This document shows, piece by piece, positions 38,463 to 50,242 of a stretch of 64,000 nucleotides of DNA. Each line of letters starts with the position of its first letter. Position 1 is the first letter of the stretch. The stretch is from assembly GCA_951406725.2 (NCBI GenBank), contig OX597821.1, forward strand, positions 82,770,001 to 82,834,000, written 5' to 3'. The notes below the pieces were generated by a model. The model saw only the letters and a list, made by a program, of their open reading frames with translations, was not told the origin of the DNA and did no database searches. Source of the DNA: Octopus vulgaris (Eukaryota). A program made the position numbers and the translations under genes.

Positions 38463-38892
38463 ATCATATAATCCATATTAGTCTATCCTCAATCCTTTGA
38501 CCTGCCCAGCATGGGAGGCCCTGCCAGGAGCTTGCACTCCACTGAAATAACTCCCTGGGTCATTGAGGCACACAAACCATCACACTGTAGCAAGGACTAG
38601 GCCGTGTGGTTCAAGTATTACTCAGCTGTACATATAAGGTCAGCACTGATAGTAATGTGTATAACTACATAACCACACTTTATAGCAAAAATAAGCTTCC
38701 ATCAAATGCAAATATTTCCTTGACAGGGACAATCCCTAAAATCAATAGGGCAGTAAAGGTCAAGGTCTTCATTGACAGGAGTTAGACTTGAAATAAAGTA
38801 AGTAAGCGTTTACATTGGTGTACCATAAAACGAAGTAGATGAAGGATATCCTTCGGTTATCTCCCTTCAGTTTTATCTTATTGTTTTCGTAG

Positions 38893-39330
38893 CAACATAA
38901 TTGTGTGGTTAAGAAGCTCTCTTTGCAACCACATAGTCTCAGGTTCACTCCCACTATGCAGTACTTTGGGAAAATATCTTCTACTATTGACCTGGGACAA
39001 TTAATACCTATCAAATGAATTCAGTAGATAGAAACTGTGTGGAAGCATGTCATATATGTATGTATCTGTGTGTGCATTTGTGTGTGTTTGTGTATTTGTG
39101 TCTGTGTTTAAATATATTTATGTGTTTGTTTGTAACCCCACTACAGCTTGGCAATCGATGTTGGTTTGTTTTATCCCAGTAGCTTAATGATTTGGCAAAA
39201 GAGAATGATAGAATAAGTTCAAGACTTAAGAAAATAAGTACCAGAGTTGATGTTGTTTGAACAAAATTCTTCAAGGCAGTACCCCAGCATGGCCACAGTC
39301 CAGTGACTGAAACAAGTAGAAGAGATAAAT
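38893..39330 (+). mobile_element. Older SINE family A copy
   Basis: Diverged head, body and tail are all recognisable; similar old or partial copies at ~7000, 22975, 24125, 27870 and 63425. Confidence 0.7.
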
Positions 39331-39974
39331 ACTAACCACATATTCCTCCATTCTTATACTTTTTTCAGTCATTAGACTGTGGCCTTTCTGGAGCACCATC
39401 ATTAAGGGTGTAATTAATTAGATTTACCCCAGTAAAGGGCAAAAATCTAAGTCTGCTCTCCATATAGAGAGATCAATAATAATATTCTGTTGTTTTCAAA
39501 TAATTACATTTTAGTGATCAATAGATCAAACATTTTTGTTTAAGATTGCAATCACAGAATGGAAGATAGCCATTTCTGCTTCTACATCATCGCTTTCATC
39601 ATCACCATCATTTAACGTCCACTTTCAATGCCAGCATGGGTTGAACTGTTTGACAGGAGCCTGCACCAGACTTCTGTGTCTGTTTTGGTAGGGTTTTTAC
39701 GGTTGGATACCCTTCCTAACACCAACCACCCAGCAGAGTGGACTGAGTGGTTTTTACATGGCACAAGCACAGGCAAGGTCAGTTTTGGCATGGTTTTTAC
39801 AGCTGGATGTCCTTCCAAATGCCAACCACCTTACAGTGTGGACTGCATACCTTTTAACTCAAAAAAATTTTTTTCTTTCCAATTCTTTGACAGTCTTTCT
39901 ATGTGTCACCAAACTTCTTGCTGTTTTATCTAAAATGACATACTTTTAAACTGATGACATCATTTTACATGCAG

Positions 39975-40250
39975 ACATTCATCATCATCATCGTTTAACG
40001 TCCGCTTTCCATGCTAGCATGGGTTGGACGATTTGACTGAGGTCTGGCGAACCAGATGGCTGTACCAGACTCCAATCTTGATCTGGCAGTTTCTACAGCT
40101 GGATGCCCTTCCTAACGCCAACCACTCTGAGAGTGTAGTGGGTGCTTTTACGTGCCACCAGCACAAGGGCCAGTCAGGCAGGGCTGGCATTGGCCAGACA
40201 TTCATCATCATCGTTTAGCGTCCGCTTTCCATGCTAGCATGGGTTGGACA
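39975..40250 (-). mobile_element. RTE 3'-UTR-derived short element (representative; other copies at ~7735, 11608, 12975, 23495, 35490, 39590, 40810, 46010, 53730, 56370, 57908, 59090)
   Basis: GTTAGGAAGGGCATCCAGCTGTAGAAA...CCAACCCATGCTAGCATGGAAAGCGGACG+(GAT)n, the same type as the 3' end of the RTE at 19770-20000. Confidence 0.8.
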
Positions 40251-41091
40251 TTATTGATACATATTCAGAAATATCTTTAAAACAAATAAAAATGAGACTG
40301 TGCTATACACAAATTGGAAGCATAGTCTTGATGTTTGTAATAGAGTGAACAGCACTAAAGGGATGACTCGTGTTCTAGATTCTTCGTAGTTATTAAATTT
40401 CTTTCTATTATTTACCTGTCTCGAGTCTTGGCATGCTCTTTCACCATCATCACTATCATCAACAGCAACATTGTCAATATCATATAACATCCACTTTACC
40501 ATGCGTGCATGGGTTGAACAGAATATATTTGAAGTAAATTTGCTAAGGCCAGATGCCCTTCTTGTCACCAACCATCACCTGCTTCCAAGGAAAGTAATAT
40601 TTCCCTGGACATTGTTCTTGCAGAACACTGGAAATGAATGACACTGCTTGTATGACAGTGATACTCATTTACAACTACCATCTGATGTCAATTCAAGGAG
40701 TCACACACACACAGACACACACACACACGCATGCATGCATGCACGCACACACAGACACACACACACACACACACGCATGCATGCATGCACGCACACACAG
40801 ACACACCATCATCTCATCATCAACATTTAATGCCCATTTTCTATGCTGGCATGGGTTGGATGGCTTGACTGGAACTAGCAGGGCCAGGGAACACACCAAG
40901 TTCCTAAGTCTGTTTTGGCATGGTTTCTACAGTTTGATGCCCTTCCTAATGCCAACCACTTTACTGGATAGGCTTTCAGTTTCCAATCAACAAATTCGTT
41001 CACGAGGCTTATACGTCTATAGATCCATTCCATTCATCCTTCCAGTTATTCATTCATTTGTTTTATTTATTTATTTATTCATTCTTTCTAG

Positions 41092-41230
41092 GTTTTAACC
41101 CCACAGACTTTGGAGGACAACAGGTAATCTACAATGAAGCTACAGGTGTCATCTACAGTTATTCGTTTTTCCACCTAGTTTTCTCTTTTGCCAGTCTTTA
41201 CATCATGATGCAGTTGACTAACTGGCACAG
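41092..41230 (+). CDS. SERINC5: SERINC5-like exon 11 (phase 1/2)
   Basis: ttctag|[45 protein letters not shown]|gtaagg; YSYSFFH...SLYxMMxLTNW motif. Confidence 0.95.
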
Positions 41231-41284
41231 GTAAGGCCATTGTCTGCTTTATTTAATTCTTTTATTTTTTTTAGTCATGTTGAT

Positions 41285-41490
41285 TCATCACCATCATTGT
41301 CATCATCATCATCATCATCATCATCACTACCACTACTACTGTTGTCAACACCATCACCACTACCACTGCCATCAATACCACCACCATCATCATCACTACT
41401 GCCATCCTCACTGTCATCATCATCACTATCATCTTCACCACCATCAACCTCACCATCACCACCATCAACCTCACCACCACCACCATCAAT
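41285..41490. repeat. Degenerate (CAT/CAC)n trinucleotide tract
   Basis: Low-complexity sequence giving spurious poly-His/Ser ORFs, inside the last SERINC intron. Confidence 0.9.
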
Positions 41491-41756
41491 GAGAAATTAG
41501 CTGTTATTTCTAGCAATCATGTAGCAGAAATCCTTGTTTGCTCATAATATTTTTTTTTTTAAATGTTTTCACTGGTGCTTAAATGCCTGCATTTTCCTTG
41601 TCAGAAGTTAGGTTAACCATTTGTGTTACAACTAACTGGTCAATTCTAATGGAGAGTTAACTTGTTTCAAATCTTAGCTTCTCTTCATCTTCTCTTTATC
41701 AACAAACTTTTTGTTGTTGTTGTTATACATATTTTGCTTTCTATTGTTTTCAACAG

Positions 41757-41967
41757 ACCCGATGAGACAGATCTGGTTAAATTTGGACTCAACTGGCCTG
41801 CAGTCTGGGTAAAACTAATATCAAGTTGGATATGTGTTCTTATCTTCTTAACTACTACACTTTTCCCCAAGTGTTACCCCTGTAGAGGACTGGCTCTACA
41901 GACTCGATTAGCAAAGCAGGAATCAAACCGAAATAATGCAGAACAAGAGACTTGTTTAAATTCTTAG
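41757..41967 (+). CDS. SERINC5: SERINC5-like terminal coding exon 12
   Basis: caacag|(R)PDETDLVKFGLNWPAVWVKLISSWICVLIF...CLNS*; WxxVWVKxxSSW motif; TAG ends at 41967. Confidence 0.95.
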
Positions 41968-42622
41968 CAAAACTGGCTGACATCTTGTATGTTTCTATCT
42001 TACTTCAAATGTCTTTTTAATGTTTTTTCTACCAAGGTTTCAGAATGCACGCATACGAGTATGCAGTGTCTCTTGTATATAAATGTATGCATGTTGTATG
42101 TATGTTACATGTCACTAATATATATGGCATATGTATGGATATTTGTATGCTTTGATTGGTTAAGAATGCTGACATGTTTCAAATGTTACCTCTTCTTCAT
42201 ATTATTCTAACAGAAATGAAATTCTGTATTGTACTCGACAAAACCAACTGCAATTAAGAAAGTTCTGAAAAAAAATTAACATTAACAGATTTTTTTTGTA
42301 TCTGCTGCTATGAATGTGGCACAAACGAATCTAAATACCTAGTCATAGGTAAGATGACAATGCTATTAATAATCATATGCTTCTGTGTGTGTATGTGTGT
42401 AATCACAAGCTTCATCAATGTATCTATATAATCTCTGTCAGATTCTAGACGTTTGTATTCAGGGTGTGTTAAAACTTTCAAGGATCTGATACTTACTAAA
42501 TAGCTTTTCTATTGTATACAAAGTGATATTCATATATATACCCACCAATACTGATCTGATATATACACACATTGGCGTGTCTCTCTCTCTCACACTCTCT
42601 CTGCATATATATATATATATAT

Positions 42623-42822
42623 TAAGGAGTCAAAAGTTATGTCCGGTCATACGTTGACCATTGGTTTCGCATCTTTTAAGCACTTAGCAATATAGGCAAC
42701 TCATCAAACTCAAATAGCTGAAGATGTGTAACTGCTCTAGAACTGGGGGAATAAATACATAACCCTTTATATGTGTGAAACCAATGGTTACTCTATGACC
42801 AACCATAACTTTTTACTACCTA
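42623..42822. mobile_element. Tc1/mariner-like MITE downstream of the SERINC stop codon
   Basis: ~45-bp imperfect TIRs (aaaagttatg..ggtcata....accattggtttc / gaaaccaatggt....tatgacc..cataactttt), TA-flanked. Confidence 0.65.
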
Positions 42823-42900
42823 AAAAAATACATCACTGCTCTAATGCTTTAGAGTATGCTTCTTTTTCAGATATATGAACTGATGATGTATGTATGCATG

Positions 42901-42940
<40 letters not shown>

Positions 42941-43517
42941 GTATGTATGTTTGTACACATGTTGCACATTCCCTTCAATTATCTACCTATAACTTTGCAT
43001 GGCCACACATTCCCAGATACATACATTCCATGTGTAACCATGGTTTCCTGCATTACCTGGAATAGTTTCTATATTTTCACCGGTACTTTTCTATATCTAT
43101 GCATGCCCACCTATAATTCATCCAGATATGCAAACACACACACACACACACACACACATACCATAGATATCAATATTCAAGACACCCATTGTAACCCTGG
43201 TGATTATACTAACAGAAGAGTTCTTACAGCTTCATGGAAATAGTGGACTTGTTGAGTTTATTATAATCGTCATTATAAAGTTAGCAAGCTGGCAGAATCA
43301 TTAGCATGCCAGACAAAATACTTGGTGGTATTTCTTCAGGCTTTACATACTGAGTTCAAATACTGGACAGGTTGACTCTGCTGCTTTTCATTCCTTCATG
43401 GTTGATAAAATAAATAACAGTCGAGCATTGGGAGAAATGTCATTGACTAAAATTTCAGGCCTTGTGCCTCTTAGTAGAAAGGATTATTATCATTATCATC
43501 ATCATCATCATCATTAT

Positions 43518-43840
43518 AGACATTGCACAGTATACAATATCGTGAGGTTTTTGATTGAAGACATTGTGTCTACCAGGGGTTTGTACTGTTTGTCAAGTCA
43601 CAACAAGGACCTCAGACAGACAGTACTTTACGCAATATGCGTGCAGTTGCAAGTAATGCTGACTTTTGCAATACATCTGAATTGTAGGGTATTTCTAAGG
43701 TTTTCAGATGTTTTTCCAGATTGCTTGGTATTGAACCCAATACTCCGATGATAACAGCGATAACCTTTATGTTTGACTCTCATAGCTGCCACATCTTAGC
43801 GATCTCAATTCTCAGGTCTCCATATTTAGTATGCTTGTTA
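43518..43840 (-). mobile_element. R4/Dong-like RLE non-LTR element, 3' fragment A
   Basis: KYGDLRIEIAKMW...VIIGVLG...LQKSALLATARILRKVL*; flanked by ATT/ATC repeats. Confidence 0.75.
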
Positions 43841-43954
43841 TTTATTATTATTATTATTATTATTTTTATCATTATTATTATTATTATCATTGTTGTTATT
43901 ATTAAGGCAGCAAGCTGGCAGAATTGTTAGCATGACAGGCAGAATGCCTTAGAG

Positions 43955-44262
43955 CAGTGTTTCCCAATCTATTTCCCCCCAGGCCCCCACTATAACTTTC
44001 CAGAAAAATATATGCCCCACCAGTGGTTGGAAGAAAAAAGTATTTCTATTTTTAATATTTTATCAATTATTTCAGAAAAAAAAAGAGTCTACCAGTAACT
44101 CTTTTATTAAGTACTGAGTACAAAAAAAGTATGTTATTCACTCAGAAAAAATTTTGGCAATTCCATGTCCCACTAAAAAAGAAAAAAATTTGAGTCCCAC
44201 AGCCCACCACAATTTTTCCAAGCCCCACCAGTGGGGCACATGCTCGACATTGGGAATCACTG
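43955..44262. mobile_element. hAT-like MITE nested in a family C SINE
   Basis: TIR cagtgtttcccaat/attgggaatcactg; 8-bp TSD ccttagag/acttagag. Confidence 0.85.
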
Positions 44263-44474
44263 ACTTAGAGGCATTTCATCCGTCTTTACATTCTGAGTTC
44301 AAATTCTGCTGAGGTCAGCTTTGCTTTCTATCCTGTTGCAATTGATAGAATAAGTAGCAGTCGCACACTGGAGTCAATGTAATCGATTAGCACTTTTCCT
44401 CAAAATTCCAGATTTCTGTTTCAAGATCTTTATAGGCACTGTTTTGCCTATAGCAGAAAGGTTTATTATTATTA

Positions 44475-44930
44475 TTTTATGTTTGACTTTTGCTTTACAT
44501 TTGTACAAGTTGACTCCAAATCTCACCCAGAGACCTCAAGAGACAAGTTGGAAGTTCATGTTGGTGTTATGCCTAGGGTGCCATATATTTGGTTTTGTAC
44601 ATAGTGTTATTCTAGAGAATGTTTAAGAAACTATAAGAAAATTACGTTTGTTTTAAAACTTGAGATTACATAGAAAGTATTTTGCGTAGGATATGAGCAG
44701 TTCCCATGAGCACTATTTTTTAAATTTCTGCCATTTTGGGGTTTCCTGGTATCTGAGCTAGGTAGCAATCAGCTCCTTTTGCTATCATTCCCTGGGCACC
44801 TATGACAACAGATATTGTTTTAGTCTTCAGGTTCCACATTTTGTTGATTTCTGTTTCAAGATCTTTGTATTTGCTCAGTTTTTGGTAGGTCTTGACAGAT
44901 ATGTTTATATCGCTTGGGACAGTCATATCA
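44475..44930 (-). mobile_element. R4/Dong-like RLE non-LTR element, 3' fragment B
   Basis: DMTVPSD...KLSKYKDLETEINKMW...VVIGAQG...GTAHILRKILSM*; 3' end abuts (TAA)n. Confidence 0.78.
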
Positions 44931-46444
44931 AAGCTGGCAGAATCCTTAGCACACTGGGCAAAATGCTTAGCAGCCTTGCGTCTGTCTTTATGTTCAGAGT
45001 TCAAATTCCACCAGGGTTGACTTTGCCTTTCATCCTTTCAGGGTTGATAAATTAAGTATCAGTCAAATACTGGGAGTCGATGTGATTGACCCCATCCACC
45101 CTGCCTCTAATTCCAGGCCTTTTGCCTATAGTAGAAAGGATTATTATTATTATTCAAGTTAAGGCGGTGAGCTGGCAGAAACATTAGCACACCGAGCGAA
45201 ATGCTTAGCGGTCTTTCATTTGTCGTTACGTTCTGAGTTCAGATTCCACCAAGGTCGACTTTTCCTTTCATCCTTTCGGGGTCAATAAATTAAGTACCAG
45301 TTGCACTGGAATCGATCTAATCGACTTGCCCCCTCCTCCAAAATTTCGGGCCTTGTGTCTAGAGTAGAAACGATTATTCTTATTGGAGTGGTAGATTAGT
45401 AGAATTGTTGAAATTTCAAAGAAAAGGCTTATTAGGTTCTGAGTTCAAATTCTCACCAAGATCAACTTACCTTATCATCCTTCCAATATCAATAAAAGAA
45501 ATTACCCATCATGTACCCCCTTAAAATTGCTGGTTTTGCACTGAAATAATAAAGAAAGGGCAGCAAGCTGACAGAATTGTTTCAGCATTGGAAAAAAATG
45601 TTTAGTGGCATTTCTTTTGGATCTTTGTGTTCTGTCTTCAAATCCCACCAAGGTCACCCTTTTCTTTCATCACACTCGGGTGATTATACATAATAAGGTA
45701 TCCAATCAACTACTGAGGATGATGGTATTGACTAATCTCTAACATTCAAAATGACTGGCCTTGCACCTAAATTAGAAATCCTCATCATTATCATCATTGT
45801 TAGTATCATTATTATCAAGGCAGCAAGCTGGCAGAATCATTAGCATGCTGGTCAAAATGCTTAACAGCAGTATTTCATTTGTCTTTACATTCAGAGTTCA
45901 AATTCTGCAGAGGCTGACTTTGCTTTTCATCTTTTTGGAGTTGATAAAATAAGTACCAGTTGAGCACTGGGGTCAATATAATCAACTTACTCTCTCTACC
46001 TCAGAACTGCTGGCTGGCCCTTGTGCCGGTGGCACAAAAAGCACCGACTACACTCTCGGAGTGGTTGGTATTAGGAAAGGCATCCAGCTGTAGAAACTCT
46101 GCCAGATCAGATTGGAGACTGGTGCAACCATCTGGTTCACCAGTCCTCAGTCAAATTGTCCAACCCATGCTAGCATGGAAAGCAGACATTAAACGATGAT
46201 GATAATTATTGTTGTTGTTATTATCATTAAAGCAGCAAGCTGGCAGAATTGTTACAACATCAGACAAAACACTTTGCAACATTTTGTACATCTTTCTGTT
46301 CTGAGTTCAAATTCTGCCATGGTTGACTTGACTTTTCATCCATTTGGAGTCAATAAAATAAGTACCCGTTTGAGCTCTGGTGTCAAGGTAATCAGTCTAC
46401 CCCAACCCCACCAAATTTCAGGTCTTGTGCTTATAGTAGAAAGA

Positions 46445-46493
<49 letters not shown>

Positions 46494-46499
46494 TATAAT

Positions 46500-46815
46500 A
46501 ATATTGCCTTTGCACAGCTTCTAACGCTGGAGATGTACTACAGTGTCAGCTGCTCACTACCAGTGAACTAAGGTAACATCTCTTATTTTTTGAGCACCTT
46601 CCGGAGTATTCGAGCTGTTCCAAGCTGTACTGTTTTCTGCAAGTGCTTCACCCTTAGTGCAGCGCCTATTCTATGTACTTCTTGAGATTTTTGCTCACTG
46701 TTCCCAGGGCTGCGGCAATTATTGATACTACTGCTACCTTTTTCATCGACCACAACTGCTTAACTCCCCAAGCTAACTTGTCATATCTCACAACTTTTCT
46801 TTCTTCCTTATCACA

Positions 46816-46817
<2 letters not shown>
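46500..46817 (-). mobile_element. R4/Dong-like RLE non-LTR element, 3' fragment C
   Basis: KEERKVVRYDKLAWGVKQLW...IIAAALGTV...TARILRKVL; (TAA)n on both sides. Confidence 0.72.
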
Positions 46818-46852
<35 letters not shown>

Positions 46853-47676
46853 TGTAGAATCAAAATAAATCAAAATATGAATTAGAAATCAACCACACAT
46901 ACTCAATGTATGTCCTTTGCTTGTTTTCCGGTAAGCTATGATTTAGTATCATAGGGGATGATTCCCTCAAAGAATATATGTAATATAAATGTATTAAACA
47001 TATACCATATATATATTCATATATATATATATATAGTCATACATATATGGGCTAAGCAAAATCTAAAGATAAAAGGAATATATGTAATCCCACCAAGACC
47101 AATTTTATCCTTCATTCTTCAGAAGTCAACAAAATAACACACCAGTCAAATGCTGGATTGATTTATTCCCACCTTCAAAATTTATGGTTTAGCGCTTATT
47201 CTTTAATGCTTAATCTTTATTGTTTTTATTATTAATTTTACTGTTAGACTAATGGGTGAGATAGATAATCTGGGATTAATATGGTTATTAGTAAAAGAAA
47301 GAATTTCTTCAACTGTTGGGAAACTGAGTCTGTGTACCAGGATTTATTACTAATTGATACTGTTATGCTTCCACTGCTAAAAACTTTTGGTACAACCAGA
47401 ACTTTTCTCTTATCCTTAAAATTGATCAAGTCTGAGCATTCGTTGACATATACTTTTATTATCTTTGTGATCCAAATTTCAATTTGGAGTAAAACAAAAA
47501 ATTATGTACTAATTCATGTTTTACTAGGTCAAAATATTAAACCTTATGTAAAAAAAAAATTGGGGATTTAGTCCCAGCTTAGATATATCATGATATATCA
47601 TCATCATATATGTGTGTGTGCATGTGCGTGTATGTGTGTGTGTGTGCATGTGCGTGTGTGTGTGTGTGTGTGTGTT

Positions 47677-47713
<37 letters not shown>

Positions 47714-49867
47714 AAAATTTGGAAAGGAGTAGATAAAAACCAGGCTACATATGTTTCATAGCTGGCAGAGCCTCAGAAGTAGTAATTACCCAAACAAACG
47801 GTAATCCACTAGCTACTCATTGGGCCAAAGATACCTTAATCAAACAAAGTTTTCAGCTTATCAAACTTCAATATGGAAAAATTTACAACCTTCTACATCA
47901 ATAAACCACTATTGTTCCTAGAAGTTGTTTTTTTATACCTTCTACGGACTGTTCCAAGTTTACCAACTTCCTGCACTTTGGTCCTTGGATCTTAGCTTTA
48001 CATATATGTGTATGTGTGTGTGTGTGTGTGGTACTGTCTTGTAATGAATGGAGACTAAATCAATGAAAAATAAAAATAGAATAGATTAGAAAAGGTTAGT
48101 TAACAGTTTAAATGTCTTTTTTTTCTGTTAGGAAACAAGGGATCTAAAAATTCTCAGATAAATATTTCCCAATTTATCTGTTATTACACAAATAAAAATC
48201 TTTCTTCCTACCTCCCCCTGCTTCCTCATGTCAATTCCCATTTTGCATCACATAAAAGTGTTGTGAAAATATCACCAAAAATATTGGAAATTTAAAAAAT
48301 TTTATCACCTTTAATAAGCCATGAGGTGAAAATGAGCCTAGCCACATTTTCATCTCATTTCTCTCTTATCAAATGATGCAGAGAGAAATGTGAAGAGATA
48401 AACTGTCTCTTTTCAACTGCCAGGCAGTCAGTCTCTTACAACAGTGACACAATGCTAACATCATCTACCCAAAATTTCAATTCTATCATGTCACTCTATA
48501 CAAATACAACGAAAAGTAGTGTGTAGATAAATGGAAACAATAAATAAATGGAATTTGATGTGATTGAGAAAAACAAGGAGAGGTGGGGAAGAAACAGAAA
48601 TGGGAAGTTCTAGGGAGAAAATAAGATCTAGGCATCGACTCAATAAAGTTAACTTCCCCAACTGTCTCTAAATTGTAGTTTAAGAGGTTCTAAAAATACT
48701 ACGGCTACCCAGCCTTACCGTGCAATTAAAGGGGAAAAAACGTGTGACAGGAAAATGATGGATGTGGCCTTTTTTACTTTGTTTTTACATGGGTGCAACT
48801 AAGAAAAAGTGTGTGTGTTTTGAGATGGACAGTAGTTTAATAAAGAGCCTATATATATATATATATATATATAGGTGATGGGTGTGCTGTGTACAGTTCT
48901 AACCATTGTTCAGTACTGAAGTTAATTTATAATCCCAAGATAGATCCCTGGCTTTTGAAAACAGTCTTTGTTATATGAAAACTGAGATACATCTCTTGCA
49001 AAGCATTATTTGTTGGAGTTGTTATGGTTTTCAGCTGCACAGTGATCATCAGATGAAATGAGTATTGTGAGGAGTCTGTTGTCTTGAAACTTGTATTGTT
49101 TGTATTTTGGTGTTTATTAAACAAGATTACATGTGGATGAGATGGTTAGTACCTCTTGCAATGTCCACTGCATATTCTAGCAGGTAGGAAACATTGCTTT
49201 TACCCTTGAATCCTAACTTCAAATAAAGTGGCTTTGAGTGGATAAACAGTTTTTTTTTTAGCCAAGAATGTGGCACAAATCCAAAGATTCAGTCTTTGGC
49301 AGCAAATTAGCATCAAGAAGTTGTATGCTCCTGTTGGATTTTGGAGAACCATTGAGGAATTGGTCTTCAAGTTGTGATTCTATTGCAGAAATACACTAGT
49401 GGTGTGTCCACATTGTATTTTCTATGCCCACGTGAGAAGTTGAATCCAGCAGTGCAAGATAATGGGTGACTTGTCATTTTTACTGTGCTACTTAATGGTG
49501 TGAGTTGTCCCTATGAGGTATGACTTATTTACAAATAGCTGCACTGTGTAGTTGGAGATTTTTAAGCGTATTAGGTCATAGAGACAGCACTGTGTCTTTG
49601 ATGGGATACAAACTCCAACCTTTTGATTGATTATCCACTTAACCATCCACTCTCTCTTTTAGCTGCGCAACTTTGCTCATGGCTGTTATTAATTAGTGTC
49701 AAGTCAAGCCTGACTGAGCTGACATGATCAAAGATCTTCTGTGACCATCCCATTCTTAAGGATATCAAGGGACATTCATTTGTTCCCTTCACTTTTTTCA
49801 TGACAATAGAGTGTTATCAAAGAAGGATTTGGCTGCTATTTGAAGCAGATCAAGCAACTGTGCAGAG

Positions 49868-50242
49868 CAGTGGTTCTCAACCAGGGTCCATATGGACCCT
49901 CAGGGGCAACACAGCCCCTGAGAATCCAGATAACATTTATGGGCTGGGGTCCACACTACAAAATAGGTCAATTGGGGATCCACAATCGTATTTTAAGGGT
50001 CCCTGAAAAAAATTTTCTTTAAATGTATTTATCAGTAAGTATTACAAGAAACATCTGGGTTTTTTTTCTCTAACAGTTTACATAATTCAACCAACACAAG
50101 TTAATGTGTTTAAAACAAAAATAGGAATGCTGAAAGAAGTTTCTATAATACTAGTTTTCCAACATCGAATAAGTACGGGTGTCCACTAGAATAAAATAGT
50201 AATTAAAGGGGTCCATAAGTAAAAAATGGTTGAGAATCCCTG
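49868..50242. mobile_element. hAT-like MITE (related copies: ~14541-15260 inverted; 29556-29693 plus ~30590-30775 split)
   Basis: TIR cagtggttctcaacc/ggttgagaatccctg; degenerate 8-bp TSD gtgcagag/atgtagag. Confidence 0.8.

Larger units (their letters stand above)
43277..46445 (+). repeat. Array of ~8 SINE family C units with (ATT)n spacers and nested insertions
   Basis: Repeated aagctggcagaa...ctgagttcaaattc...agtagaaaggattattatt. Confidence 0.8.

Noticed and set aside
41240-41516. Poly-His, poly-Ser/Pro and poly-Val ORFs
   Set aside because: Trinucleotide microsatellite inside the last SERINC intron; open in several frames by composition only.
48900-49620. Possible additional gene or LINE remnant
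   Set aside because: Only faint LINE-like residues on the minus strand; too degraded to call.
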